NCBI GenBank assembly: GCA_963717265.1
Contig: CAVQWD010000011.1
Span: 5,105 to 69,104 of the forward strand
DNA length: 64,000 nucleotides
Direction of reading: 5' to 3'
DNA from: an uncultured Alphaproteobacteria bacterium
GTDB taxonomy: Bacteria > Pseudomonadota > Alphaproteobacteria > Rhizobiales > Xanthobacteraceae
Below the pieces are notes generated by a model that saw only the letters and a program-made list of their open reading frames with translations, made no database searches and was not told the origin of the DNA. The stretch's first letter is position 1. Every line of letters begins with the position of its first letter. The translations under genes were made by a program, and so were the position numbers. Shown here one piece after another: positions 10,094 to 20,289 of this stretch.

Positions 10094-11140
10094 TCACGCA
10101 GCGCCTTCGCGCCAGAACGCGAGCACGACCGCCACGATTGCAGGTCCGAGGAACAAGCCGATCACGCCGAAACTGTCGATGCCGCCGAAAATGCCGAGCA
10201 ACACCCACAGGAACGGCAGCCGCGTCGAGCTGCCGATCAGGATCGGCCGCACGAAGTGATCGGCAACGAAAGTCACCAGAGTACCAGTCACAAGCAGCGC
10301 GATGGCGCCTGCCGTGTGCGATACCGCGAACAGATAAAGAGCGCAGGCGGCGAAGATGAGCGGCGCGCCGAACGGGACGGTCGCCAGCACGGCGGTCAGC
10401 AGACCGAGCAGCACGGCGTGGGAATACAGCCCAGTCGCGGCATAGGCGATGCCGAGCAATACGCCCTCGGCAAGGCCGACCAGCACCAGCCCGTTAACGG
10501 TGCCGCGCACGGCGGCGACCGCATCCTTGCCTAGCTCTCCGCCCGACGGTCCGAACAATCGGTCGGCAATGACGTGCGCCTGTGCCACGACGCTCTGACC
10601 GTCGCGATAAAGAAAGAACAGCGTGAGCAGCGCGAATAGCAGAATGGTCAGGCGGCTTGCCACTTCGACCCCGAGGGTGCGGGTGAAACCGAGAACCTCG
10701 CCCGTATTGACGTGGCCGACCAGCGGACCAAACAGCTCGGCAGTTCCTTTGCCGGCGAGCGAATCCTGCCACCATGCCGCCAGCTCATCGCCGACAAACG
10801 GCACATGGCGCAAAAGCTGCGGTGGGGCGCCGAAACCGCTTTGCAGCAGTTCGCTCAAATGCGGCGCAATCGCTCGGCTTTCACGCGCCGCCTCGATGCC
10901 GATCCTGATCAACGGCAGCACGACCACAACCGCCAAGAGCAGTGTGAGCAAGGCCGCGATTGCGGTCTTTCCAAGCCCGGACTGAGCGAGCCATTGCCGC
11001 AGCGGCCAAGTCGCGATCGCGAGCACACAGGCCCACGCCAATGCGGGCAGGAAGCGCCACAGCATCCACACGCTCAAGAGCACGATCGCGACGATCAGGG
11101 CGGTGCGCGCCGCCCGCCGCACGTCCCAGTCCGGGTTCAC
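10094..11140 (-). CDS. AI-2E (PerM/YhhT) family transporter
   Basis: 348 aa polytopic membrane protein with the family-typical C-terminal segment FVADHFVRPILIGSSTRLPFLWVLLGIFGG. Confidence 0.85.
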   Translation of the reverse strand: MNPDWDVRRAARTALIVAIVLLSVWMLWRFLPALAWACVLAIATWPLRQWLAQSGLGKTAIAALLTLLLAVVVVLPLIRIGIEAARESRAIAPHLSELLQSGFGAPPQLLRHVPFVGDELAAWWQDSLAGKGTAELFGPLVGHVNTGEVLGFTRTLGVEVASRLTILLFALLTLFFLYRDGQSVVAQAHVIADRLFGPSGGELGKDAVAAVRGTVNGLVLVGLAEGVLLGIAYAATGLYSHAVLLGLLTAVLATVPFGAPLIFAACALYLFAVSHTAGAIALLVTGTLVTFVADHFVRPILIGSSTRLPFLWVLLGIFGGIDSFGVIGLFLGPAIVAVVLAFWREGAA

Positions 11141-11193
11141 GGCCCCGCTCTCCGCTTCGCTTGGTCAGTCCACGCAAGCCGGTCGTGGCGAAA

Positions 11194-12183
11194 TCAGCCG
11201 CCCAGCTTCACCGGCACGAATTGCGTCGCAAACAGGACGTTGTCGGCGGGGACTTGCTTGAGCAGCCCCATCTGAATGAACGACTTCTTGAGCACTTCGA
11301 TGGCCTGCGGGTCGAACGTACCGTCGGTCGAGAAGCCGGGCATCTGTTCGTCATAGGCGCGCGCGGCAATCTCGGGGGTGACGTTGATGACTTTGGCGGA
11401 AATCTCCACCGATTGCTGCTTGTGCGTTTTCATGTAGGCGATGGTGCCAAACCAGCCCTGCAGGAAGCCGCGCACCAGTTCGGGATGTTTCTCGATCAGC
11501 TCGTCGCGCGCGAACAGCACGTGGGTGATGAAATGATCGACGAACGGCGTCGCCGTGGTGATGATGCGCCATTCCTTGGCTTGTTCGAGCTTGTAGCCGG
11601 TATCGACCGCGCCGATATAGCCGTCGATCTGATGGGTCTTGATCGCCGCGCGCGCAGGCGGCATGCCGCCGATCGGCACCACGTCGATGCCGTGGTCGCC
11701 CCAGCCTTCCTCTTCGTTGATGCGGTGGCCGATCCAGGCGGTCAGCGAGCCGACGGTGGTGCAGCCAATTTTCTTGCCCTTCAGGTCGGCGACGGTCTTG
11801 ATCGGCGAATCGTAGCCGACCATCACCGCCATATTGCGCGGCGCGCCGTACATGGCGGCAACCGCCTTGGCGGGCACGCCCTTGGCCGCGAATGCCATGC
11901 CGGGGCCGGAGCCGATGCCGATGTCGATGCTGTTGGAGGTCAGTAGCTGCTGCAGCTTGGCGTCGCCGGCCGAGGAAGATTCGACGATATCGAGGCCATG
12001 CTTGGCGAAAATGCCCTCCTGGATGCCGACATCGAGCGGCGTGAACGTCCAGGCGAACGGCACCACCTTGGCAACGCGAAGCTTTTCGGCGGCGTGCGCG
12101 AGCCGTGCCGAAAGCGGCAGCATGGCGCTGCAGACAAGGCTTGTAAGACCCGCCACGAGGCTTCTGCGGGATAATGTGTGCAT
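11194..12183 (-). CDS. Periplasmic substrate-binding protein, NMT1/THI5 (NitT/TauT-type) family
   Basis: Signal MHTLSRRSLVAGLTSLVCSAMLPLSARLAHA, then an SBP fold (LRVAKVV...IDIGIGSGPG...). No permease or ATPase gene lies next to it. Confidence 0.75.
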   Translation of the reverse strand: MHTLSRRSLVAGLTSLVCSAMLPLSARLAHAAEKLRVAKVVPFAWTFTPLDVGIQEGIFAKHGLDIVESSSAGDAKLQQLLTSNSIDIGIGSGPGMAFAAKGVPAKAVAAMYGAPRNMAVMVGYDSPIKTVADLKGKKIGCTTVGSLTAWIGHRINEEEGWGDHGIDVVPIGGMPPARAAIKTHQIDGYIGAVDTGYKLEQAKEWRIITTATPFVDHFITHVLFARDELIEKHPELVRGFLQGWFGTIAYMKTHKQQSVEISAKVINVTPEIAARAYDEQMPGFSTDGTFDPQAIEVLKKSFIQMGLLKQVPADNVLFATQFVPVKLGG

Positions 12184-12357
12184 CGCTTCCTCCCAGGGGT
12201 GCGCGCTTGGCATTGCGGCATTACACCAATCATCGCAGAAATTGACCGGACTTGCCATGGCGGAGGCAGGCGTTGCGCTCCGCCGACAGCCGACGCAATC
12301 GTTGTGACGGAAGTTGCGGCGATTCACGACGCAACCGGCGCGGCCGCCCCCTCCGCC

Positions 12358-13833
12358 TCAAGCCCGGTTCGGCTTGCCGACGAAGCCGTAGCCGTGGCCT
12401 GCCGCCTGCGCGGCCCAGCCGCCAGCGACGCGCCCGCTGAACACCGACGGCCCGAGCATGGTGCCTTCGAGACCGGCGCGGCCGTTGATGTGACCGCCGG
12501 CCATGCCGGCGAGTTCGCCCGCTGCAAATAGGCCGGTAATCGGCTCAAAATGCCCATCGAGCACGCGGCACTGCAGGTCGGTCTTGACGCCGCCAAAATT
12601 CTTGCGCGCCAGCGGGAAAATCTGAACGGCATAGTAGGGCGGCGTATCGAACGGTTTTGACGATTTCAGCGGCTTGCCGAACTCCGGCTCCTTGTCGAGC
12701 CGTTGTTCGCACGCCTTGTTGTAGCGTTCGACAGTAGCGAGGAACGTCGCCTCGTCGACCTTGATGCGCTTGGCCAGTTCGGCCAGCGTGTCCGCTTTGT
12801 GGATGAAGGGCGAGTTGTTGAGCAGCTCCACGACCTTTTCCCGCGCCACCTTGTCGCCGTCCCGGTAGTACGGATCGGCGACCTCCATTTTCGCAGTCAT
12901 GGGCGTGTCCATGATGGCCCAGGCATGACGCGGTGACTGCGCCATCAGGGCCGGCGTCGCCGAGTTGCCGCCGGAACGCGCCTCGTTGTGAAACCGGCGG
13001 CCCTGCTGATTGACCCAGATGTAACCGGGCACCACACGGAACACGAGGCCGCGGCGCCGCTTGGGATCGCGATAATCAGGCGTCGCATAGACGTAGAACC
13101 AGATATGGTCCATGTGCGTAAGATAGCCGCCGGCATCGCGGATGAACTTGTGTCCGGTTCCGGTCGAGTTGCGGCCCGAGCCTTCGAGGATCCTGTCGTT
13201 GCGCAGCGCCGGATTGTATTCAAGCACCATATCGAGGTTCGAGTTGAAGCCGCCGGTCGCCGCCACGACGGCTTTGCTCCGCACCTCGATCGGCTCGCCG
13301 GTCTTGGTATTGCGACCCGTCAGGCCGGCGACGCGGCCGCCCTCGAGTTTCAGCCCGGCAATCTCGACCTCCGGCACGATCTCGCCGCCCTTGCGGCGGA
13401 AGCTCTCGATCAGGTTGGTCATCAGGCCGAAACCGTTGTGCTCGGTGCGAGTCCAACGCATGACGGAATTGCCCTCCTGCTCTTTCATGTCGGCCCAGCG
13501 CGCGCCGAGGTTTTCCGCCCAGTGGTAGAGATCGTGCAGGTTGTGCTCGATGTAGTAGCGGGCCCACACCTCGTCGGCCGACGGACCGCCCCACGCGATC
13601 CAATCCTTGAACGCCAGGTCCGGCGTGTCCCTGATGCCGCAGTCCTGTTGCAGCTCCGAGCCTACGACCAGGCAGCCGCCCCCGGAGATGATGGCCGCGC
13701 CGCCGGCCTGCGAATCCTTCTCGAACGCGACGACGCGTGCGCCAGCATCGCGGGCCTCAATGCCGGCTGCCACCCCGGCGCCGCCCGCGCCGACAATCGC
13801 AACGTCAGTCTGGTACTGCTTGACGCCTGCCAT
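12358..13833 (-). CDS. FAD-dependent oxidoreductase (fumarate reductase/KstD-like flavoprotein family)
   Basis: DVAIVGAGGAGVAAGIEARDAGARVVAFEK dinucleotide fold and C-terminal GLFAAGELAGMAGGHINGRAGLEG. Start taken at MAGVKQYQTD. Confidence 0.85.
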   Translation of the reverse strand: MAGVKQYQTDVAIVGAGGAGVAAGIEARDAGARVVAFEKDSQAGGAAIISGGGCLVVGSELQQDCGIRDTPDLAFKDWIAWGGPSADEVWARYYIEHNLHDLYHWAENLGARWADMKEQEGNSVMRWTRTEHNGFGLMTNLIESFRRKGGEIVPEVEIAGLKLEGGRVAGLTGRNTKTGEPIEVRSKAVVAATGGFNSNLDMVLEYNPALRNDRILEGSGRNSTGTGHKFIRDAGGYLTHMDHIWFYVYATPDYRDPKRRRGLVFRVVPGYIWVNQQGRRFHNEARSGGNSATPALMAQSPRHAWAIMDTPMTAKMEVADPYYRDGDKVAREKVVELLNNSPFIHKADTLAELAKRIKVDEATFLATVERYNKACEQRLDKEPEFGKPLKSSKPFDTPPYYAVQIFPLARKNFGGVKTDLQCRVLDGHFEPITGLFAAGELAGMAGGHINGRAGLEGTMLGPSVFSGRVAGGWAAQAAGHGYGFVGKPNRA

Positions 13834-14118
13834 CGGCGACACTCCCCGTTTGCCAAAAGCCCTCACTTGCCCCGGCGTGCTCGGCAAACGTGCTTATAGG
13901 GGCCGGAATCGCGCTTGAACACAGGTATCGAGCGGCCGCGCCCCGCCGCATGGCGGAACTGCATTTCGAGCTGCGCGCGAGCGACCCGGAAAGCCGAAGC
14001 AGTTTCATTCGCACTGGAATTGTTGCAAAATCAGCCATGGTGGCCGGCCGCGTCCTCGGAGCGAAGCGCTCTGCCGCGGCAGTCCATGCGCTCGCGCGCG
14101 AAAACCACGGAGGAAACC

Positions 14119-17100
14119 ATGGCGCTCGCCCAGCTCAAATTCCCGGTCATCCTGTTCGGTGCGGCACAGCTTCTCAAAAGCGCAGCACGCCGCAACGCCG
14201 ATTTCAAGGAGCGGCTGCGCGAGCATAATTTCGTCGCGCAGATCATGGCGCGTGACGAAGAGATCGGCCGCTGGATCGAATTCCGCGGCGGCAAGGTCGC
14301 CACGCGCGCCGGACTGCATGCCAAGCCCGACATCAAGCTGATGTTCAAGAACGCCACGATCGGCGCATCGCTGCTATCGCCGCCGATCAATTGGCTCGAT
14401 CAGATCAACGCGCAAAAGGATTTCGTCCTCACCGTCGACGGCCCGGAATACCTGACCAATTGGTTCGCGCAGACCTTGATGTTGGCGCAGTCGGCCGGCC
14501 TCAAATACGGCAGCAAAATGCCGGACGGCACCATGCGCTATTGCAATATGACGAACGGCGGGCCGGTCTTCGTTGATGTCAAGGACGGCAAGATCGTGCG
14601 CCTGACGCCGATCGACCTGACCGAAGATGACGGCGCCTCGTGGACCATCGAGGCCAAGGGCGAAAAACTCACCCCGCCGCGCAAGACCACGCTCGCCCCG
14701 CATGGCCAGAACGCCAAGTCGATCGTCTATTCGCCCGATCGCCTGCTCTATCCGATGAAGCGGGTCGATTTCGATCCGAACGGCGAGCGCAATCCGCAAA
14801 ATCGCGGCAAATCCGGCTATGTCCGCATCTCCTGGGACGAGGCGATCAAAATCGTCACCAACGAGATCAAGCGGCAGAAACGCGAATACGGTCCGGGCGC
14901 CATCACCTTCTCGCACGGCTCGCACCATACCTGGGGCAATGTCGGCTATTACCTCTCGGCGTTGTTCCGCTTCGCCAATGCGGTCGGCATGACGCGCATC
15001 CATCATAACCCCGATTCCTGGGAGGGCTGGTACTGGGGCGCCGTACACCATTGGGGCTATACGCTGCGCGTCGGCCAGTCGGAGACCTACGGCACAGTCG
15101 AGGATTGCCTGCAGAACTGCGACATGATCGTGCACTGGGCCGCCGACCCGGAATCGACCTCAGGCTCGTACGGTGCGCAGGAAGGCACAACGCGGCGGCA
15201 GTGGCTGAAAAACCCGAAACTCGGCATCAAGATCGTTCACGTCGATCCGTACTACAACGCCTCGGCGCAATTCCTGCCGGGCAAATGGTTTGCACCGAAA
15301 CCGACCACTTCGGTCGCGATGGCAATGGCCATCGCTTACGTCTGGATCAAGGAAGACCTCTACGACAAGGAATACGTGAAGACCCACACGATAGGCTTCG
15401 ACAAATGGAAGGCTTATCTGCTCGGCGAGGAAGACGGCGTTGCCAAGACGCCAGAATGGCAGGAAAAGGAAACCGGCGTTCCGGCAAAGGACGTGCGCGC
15501 ACTCGCCCGCGAGTGGGGCAGAAAGCGCGTCTATCTGGCGCCCGGCGGCTGGGGCAACGGCCACGGCGGCGCCTGCCGCAACCAGACCGGCATCCAATGG
15601 GCGCGCGTCATGGTCTGCCTCGTCGCCATGCAGGGACTGGGCAAGCCCGGCATCAACATGGGCAACCTGCAATGGGGCACGCCGCTCGACTTCAATTTCT
15701 ATTTCCCCGGCTACGCCGACGGCGGCATGTCCGGCGACCTCGAAAACACGGCGATGCCGGTCGAGCTTTATCAGCGCATGCCGCAGCTGCCGAGCATGAA
15801 CTCGAACGGCCAGCGCATCCCGCGGATTTTCGTTCCCGAGGCGATCGTCGACGGCAAAGCCGAAGGCTATCCCTGGGTCGGTAAATCGATCGAGCACCAG
15901 TTCGCCCGCTTCGCCTATCCGGCGCCCGGCCATTCGCCGGTACACATGCTGTACAAATACGGCGGCTCGATTCTCTCGACCATGAACAACACCAACCGCT
16001 GGGTGCGGATGTATCAGTCGGAAAATCTCGAATTCGTCGTCAACCAGTCGATCTGGAACGAGGGCGAAGCGAAATTCGCCGATATCCTGCTGCCGGCCTG
16101 CACCAATTTCGAGCGCACCGACATTTCGGAATGGGCAGGGCTCGGCGGCTACGGCCATCACGGCCAGCAGCAGCTCAATCACCGCGTCATCGTGTTCCAG
16201 GCGCCGGCGATCAAGCCGCTCGGCGAGTCGAAATCCGATTTCTGGATCTTCAACGAGCTGTGCAAGCCGCTCGGCCTTGCCAATTACTTCTCCGAAGGCG
16301 TCAACGAGATCGACTGGGTCAAGCGGGTGTTCCTCGCTTCCGACCTGCCGAAATACATTTCGTGGAAGAAATTCGTGCGGCGTGGCTATTTCGTGGTGCC
16401 GGCCGAAAAGGAGAAGCTGCGCGCGCCGGTGTCGTTCCGCTGGTTCTTCGAGAACCGCAAGAAAGACGTGCCGGAAGCGCAGCCGCTGCCGTCGGATTAC
16501 ACCGAGGAATATCTGCGCGGTCTGCAGACGCAATCCGGCAAGCTCGAATTCGAGTGCAATTCGCTTCTGCGCTTCAACGATCCCGAACGGCCGCCGATCG
16601 TCAAATACGAGCCGTCATGGGAAGGCGCGCATTCGGGCGAATTGTTCGAGCGCTACCCGCTGCAATTGCTCACCCCGCATTGCAAGTATTCGTTCCACAC
16701 CCAGGGCGACGGCAAGGACTCGTTCCTGCTCAACATCGAGGACCATCGCGTCAAAGTCGACGGCTATTACTACTGGATCGTGCGGCTCAATACCGAGGAC
16801 GCCAAGGAACGCAGCATCGGCAAGCACGATCTGGTCAAGGTCTTCAACGACCGCGGCGCGGTGATTTGCGCCGCCTTGCCAACGCAGCGGCTGCCGCGCG
16901 GCGTCGCTCACGGCTACGAGTCTTCGGCCATCTACGACCCGATGGGCGAGCCGGGCAAATCGGTCGACCGCGGCGGCTGCCTCAACCTGCTTACGCCCGA
17001 GCGCACCCAGACCAAATCGACCCATTCGCTCGCCGGCTCCAATTCGCTCGTTCAGATCGAGCCGTGGGACGGCCGTATCGAGCATATGTCGGCGGCGTTC

Positions 17101-17169
17101 GCCGCGATGGAGAAGGACAAGGAGATCAAGCGTACGTTGAAGGAGGCCCACTTGGTGCCGGCGAAATAA
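14119..17169 (+). CDS. Molybdopterin (bis-MGD) oxidoreductase, pyrogallol hydroxytransferase large-subunit (AthL)-like, with ~140-aa N-terminal extension
   Basis: ATG 14119 lies 5 nt after GGAGG. From residue ~140 it is collinear with my recollection of Pelobacter AthL ([81 protein letters not shown]). No Tat signal and no N-terminal Cys cluster. Confidence 0.85.
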   Translation: MALAQLKFPVILFGAAQLLKSAARRNADFKERLREHNFVAQIMARDEEIGRWIEFRGGKVATRAGLHAKPDIKLMFKNATIGASLLSPPINWLDQINAQKDFVLTVDGPEYLTNWFAQTLMLAQSAGLKYGSKMPDGTMRYCNMTNGGPVFVDVKDGKIVRLTPIDLTEDDGASWTIEAKGEKLTPPRKTTLAPHGQNAKSIVYSPDRLLYPMKRVDFDPNGERNPQNRGKSGYVRISWDEAIKIVTNEIKRQKREYGPGAITFSHGSHHTWGNVGYYLSALFRFANAVGMTRIHHNPDSWEGWYWGAVHHWGYTLRVGQSETYGTVEDCLQNCDMIVHWAADPESTSGSYGAQEGTTRRQWLKNPKLGIKIVHVDPYYNASAQFLPGKWFAPKPTTSVAMAMAIAYVWIKEDLYDKEYVKTHTIGFDKWKAYLLGEEDGVAKTPEWQEKETGVPAKDVRALAREWGRKRVYLAPGGWGNGHGGACRNQTGIQWARVMVCLVAMQGLGKPGINMGNLQWGTPLDFNFYFPGYADGGMSGDLENTAMPVELYQRMPQLPSMNSNGQRIPRIFVPEAIVDGKAEGYPWVGKSIEHQFARFAYPAPGHSPVHMLYKYGGSILSTMNNTNRWVRMYQSENLEFVVNQSIWNEGEAKFADILLPACTNFERTDISEWAGLGGYGHHGQQQLNHRVIVFQAPAIKPLGESKSDFWIFNELCKPLGLANYFSEGVNEIDWVKRVFLASDLPKYISWKKFVRRGYFVVPAEKEKLRAPVSFRWFFENRKKDVPEAQPLPSDYTEEYLRGLQTQSGKLEFECNSLLRFNDPERPPIVKYEPSWEGAHSGELFERYPLQLLTPHCKYSFHTQGDGKDSFLLNIEDHRVKVDGYYYWIVRLNTEDAKERSIGKHDLVKVFNDRGAVICAALPTQRLPRGVAHGYESSAIYDPMGEPGKSVDRGGCLNLLTPERTQTKSTHSLAGSNSLVQIEPWDGRIEHMSAAFAAMEKDKEIKRTLKEAHLVPAK

Positions 17170-17223
17170 AACACCTCTCCCCGCGTGCGGGGAGGGGGAG
17201 TTGAATGTGGGAGTCAAATAACA

Positions 17224-18060
17224 ATGCAAAAATGGAACCTCATCATCGACGTGGCCGAGTGCACCAATTGCAATCTGTGCACGCTCGCCGCCATGGACGA
17301 ATATGTCGGCAACAACTGGCCCGGCTATTCGGCGCCGATGCCGCGCCACGGCCACAAGTGGATCGACATCCTACAGAAGGAACGCGGCCAGATGCCGATG
17401 ATCGACATCGCCTACGTTCCGACCATGTGCAACCATTGCGACGACCCGCCCTGCATGAAGGCCGACAAGACTGGCGCGATCAAAAAACGCGATGACGGCA
17501 TCGTACTGATCGATCCGGTCAAGGCGAAGGGCCGCAAGGAGCTGGTCGACGCTTGCCCCTACGGCCACATCTGGTGGAACGAAGAGTTTCAGGTGCCTCA
17601 AGCCTGGACCTTCGATGCCCATCTGATCGATCAGGGCTGGCAGCAGACCCGCGGCCAGCAATCGTGCCCGACCGGAGCGATGCGCTCGATCAAGGTCGAG
17701 GACGAGGAAATGGCGCGCCTTGCAAGCGAGCAGGAACTCGAAGTGATGAAGCCGGAGCTTCGCAGCCGGCCGCGCGTGTACTATCGCAATCTGTGGCGCT
17801 ACACGAAGTGCTTCATCGGCGGCACGGTCTCGGAGGAAAAGAACGGCGTCGTTGAATGTGTCGAGGGAGCGAGCGTGCACTTGAGCAAGGACGGCGCCTC
17901 GGTAGCGGTGACGGCGACCGACAATTACGGCGATTTCAAATTCGACAAGCTCGACGAAGACTCGGGGAGCTACAGCCTGCAGATATTCACGGGCGGCCGG
18001 TCGAAAGTGATGGAAACAAGCCTCGGCGCCAGCATCAATCTCGGCGAAATCAGACTGTAG
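17224..18060 (+). CDS. Fe-S subunit, pyrogallol hydroxytransferase small-subunit (BthL)-like
   Basis: MQKWNLIIDVAECTNCNLC, MCNHCDDPPC, DGIVLIDPVKAKGRKELVDACPYG, KPELRSRPRVYYRNLWRY. C-terminal beta-sandwich-like tail (NYGDFKFDKLD...INLGEIRL) as in BthL. Confidence 0.85.
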   Translation: MQKWNLIIDVAECTNCNLCTLAAMDEYVGNNWPGYSAPMPRHGHKWIDILQKERGQMPMIDIAYVPTMCNHCDDPPCMKADKTGAIKKRDDGIVLIDPVKAKGRKELVDACPYGHIWWNEEFQVPQAWTFDAHLIDQGWQQTRGQQSCPTGAMRSIKVEDEEMARLASEQELEVMKPELRSRPRVYYRNLWRYTKCFIGGTVSEEKNGVVECVEGASVHLSKDGASVAVTATDNYGDFKFDKLDEDSGSYSLQIFTGGRSKVMETSLGASINLGEIRL

Positions 18061-18145
18061 AGGCTTATCGAGCGAACCGGTCGCGTGCGCGACGAAGCTT
18101 TCGCGCTTGGCGGCCCGCGACATCGGTTTCAACGGGAGGGCGACC

Positions 18146-19123
18146 ATGAGACGATGGTTTGGCGCGCTGATCGCGCTGCAATGCCTGGGCGCCGCGGCGG
18201 CGGCGCAGGCTCCGGCCTATCCGCAGCGGCCGATCACCTTCATCGTGACGGCCGCGGCTGGCGGGGTGACTGACGTGGTGGCGCGCGCGCTCGGGCAGGA
18301 GCTTAACAAGGCGTGGGGTCAACCGGTCGTCGTCGTCAATCGCGGCGGCGCCGGCCACATCCTCGGCATGGAAGCCGTCGCCAGGGCCGCACCCGACGGC
18401 TACACGCTGATGGTCTCGGAATCCGGCTCCGCCGTCATCGATCCGCTGATCTATCCGCCGGGCAAACTGCCGTTCGACATCGAGAAGGATTTCGTGCCCA
18501 TCAGCGGCCTGGTGCGGATCAATCAGGCGATTCTGGCCAATCGCGCGCTGCCGGTCTCCAATGCGGCGGAACTCATTGCTATGGCGAAGCGAGAACCGGG
18601 CAAGCTCACCTACGGCACCGCCGGCATCGGCACCGCGCCGCACATGAACATCGCGCTGTTCGAGAGCATGGCCGGCGTCAAATTCGTGCCCGTGCATTAT
18701 CGCGGCGCAGTCCCTGCGCTCAACGATGTGCGCGCCGGCACCATCAATCTGATGTCGGTCGGGGTGAGCCTGGCGCTGCCGGCGTATCGCGCCGGCGAGA
18801 TCAAGATACTCGGCATCGGCAGTGAGAAACGTCTGCCGCAAGTGCCCGACATTCCGACCATCGCCGAAAGCGGCCTGCCCGGTTATCAGGCGGTCGCCTG
18901 GTTCGCGCTGTTTGGACCCGCCGCGATGCCGCACGACATCGTCGTCAAGCTGAACGCTCAAGTGCAGCGGATATTCAACGACGAGGCGTTCCGCAAGCGC
19001 TTCCTCGATCCGCAGCTCTACCAATCCATCGCCGGGCCGCAGCAGGACTTCATTGCCTACATCAAGGCCGATCGGGCGAAGTGGTCGAAGGTGATCGGCG
19101 AAGCTCATATCAAGCTCGACTGA
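18146..19123 (+). CDS. Bug-family (TctC-like) tripartite tricarboxylate transporter substrate-binding protein
   Basis: Signal MRRWFGALIALQCLGAAAAAQA, then YPQRPITFIVTAAAGGVTDVVAR...NRGGAGHILG...PDGYTLMV. Confidence 0.85.
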   Translation: MRRWFGALIALQCLGAAAAAQAPAYPQRPITFIVTAAAGGVTDVVARALGQELNKAWGQPVVVVNRGGAGHILGMEAVARAAPDGYTLMVSESGSAVIDPLIYPPGKLPFDIEKDFVPISGLVRINQAILANRALPVSNAAELIAMAKREPGKLTYGTAGIGTAPHMNIALFESMAGVKFVPVHYRGAVPALNDVRAGTINLMSVGVSLALPAYRAGEIKILGIGSEKRLPQVPDIPTIAESGLPGYQAVAWFALFGPAAMPHDIVVKLNAQVQRIFNDEAFRKRFLDPQLYQSIAGPQQDFIAYIKADRAKWSKVIGEAHIKLD

Positions 19124-19152
19124 TCCTACCGAATCCGAATGATCACGTCATC

Positions 19153-19254
19153 CGTCATTCCGGATCGTCGCAAAGCGGCGAGTCCGGAATCCATAATCCC
19201 CGCGCTGGGGTTATGGATTCCGGGCTCCTCGCTGCGCTCGGCCCCGGAATGGCG
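19153..19254. repeat. REP/MITE-like nested palindromic intergenic element
   Basis: Terminal inverted repeats cgtcattccgg / ccggaatggcg. Internal near-perfect hairpin tccggaatccataatcccc-gcgct-ggggttatggattccggg. Resembles the 'cattccgg...ccggaatg' intergenic repeat common in Bradyrhizobiaceae genomes. Confidence 0.6.
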
Positions 19255-19303
19255 ATCTAATTCTCGGCATCGGTATCACTGAAGCGTTCGGGCGGATTTC
19301 GTA

Positions 19304-19741
19304 TCACTCGTTGCCGACGCGTGGCCTGGCAAACCGTTCGCGAATGCGCGCTAAAAGCTGGTCGCGCACGTCGCGGTAGGCGTCGAGCCGCTGCGCCCGG
19401 CTGCCTTCGACGCTGGCCGGGTCGGCGGTCGGCCAATACTCGACCTCCACGGCGCTGGTGCGGGTGAGTTCGAGCGCGCGGTGATGCGCTTCCGGCGCCA
19501 AGGTGACGATGAGATCGAAGTTGAGCCCCTCGCCGTCTTCCAATTCCTCGAAGGTCACCGGCTTGTGCCGCGAAATGTCGAGTCCAATCTCCGCCATCAC
19601 GGCGACCGCGAACGGATCGAGCTCGCCTTTGCGCACGCCAACCGAGCCGACATAGACGCTGCGCCCGAAGACTTGCGAGCACAAGCCGGCCGCGATCGGC
19701 GAGCGTAGCGAGTTCAGGCCGCAGGCAAACAAGACCGCCAT
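19304..19741 (-). CDS. Low-molecular-weight protein-tyrosine-phosphatase / ArsC-like family protein
   Basis: P-loop AVLFACGLNSLRSP (C-X5-R-S). Start 19741 or 19777. Confidence 0.8.
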   Translation of the reverse strand: MAVLFACGLNSLRSPIAAGLCSQVFGRSVYVGSVGVRKGELDPFAVAVMAEIGLDISRHKPVTFEELEDGEGLNFDLIVTLAPEAHHRALELTRTSAVEVEYWPTADPASVEGSRAQRLDAYRDVRDQLLARIRERFARPRVGNE

Positions 19742-19784
19742 TGGCAGCGTCGCCGGTCGCGTCGCCTCTGCCGACATCGGGCCC

Positions 19785-20276
19785 TCAGCCCCTCCAGTGC
19801 AGCACCGAAATCAGCGTGAACAGACGCCGTGCCGTGTCGAAATCGAGCTCGACCTTGCGCCTGAGCCGCTCCATCACGACGCGGGAACCTTCGTCGTGCA
19901 GGGCGCGTCGGCCCATGTCGAGCGCCTCGATGCGTTCGGGCGTGGCGTTGCGGATTGCCGCGTAATAGGTGTCGCAGACGGTGAAGTAGTCCTTCACGAT
20001 GCGGCGGAACGGCGCCAGCGACAGCATATGGGCGACCACCGGCGTGCCGTCGCTTTGCCGGATGTCGAACACCAGCCTGTTGCCGCTGATGCCGAGCTGC
20101 AACGTGTAAGGCCCGTCGTCATCGCCGAGCGGCCGAAATTGGTTGTCGCTGATCAGATCGTAGATGGCGACCGCTCTCTCATGTTCGACCTCGCGGCTCG
20201 AACGGCCAATCGATGATTCGTCAAGCGTGACGGATGCCAGGCGCCCGGTTTGATCTTTGCGGGATTCGCGCGCCAC
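19785..20276 (-). CDS. UPF0262 family protein
   Basis: [35 protein letters not shown]...[16 protein letters not shown] start at 20276 lies 14 nt after the hisD stop. The longer ORF-track start would overlap hisD. Confidence 0.75.
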   Translation of the reverse strand: MARESRKDQTGRLASVTLDESSIGRSSREVEHERAVAIYDLISDNQFRPLGDDDGPYTLQLGISGNRLVFDIRQSDGTPVVAHMLSLAPFRRIVKDYFTVCDTYYAAIRNATPERIEALDMGRRALHDEGSRVVMERLRRKVELDFDTARRLFTLISVLHWRG

Positions 20277-20289
20277 GGCAAATCGCGCT

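Noticed and set aside
13915-14118. Upstream extension of the molybdoenzyme ORF (start at 13915)
   Set aside because: The extension has non-coding-like composition. A strong GGAGG-N5-ATG is present at 14119, and the extension would eliminate the divergent promoter region.
15160-16533. 457-aa minus-strand ORF, plus several other ORFs inside 13915-17355
   Set aside because: They are all antisense or out of frame to the molybdoenzyme alpha subunit, whose homology is continuous over 3 kb.
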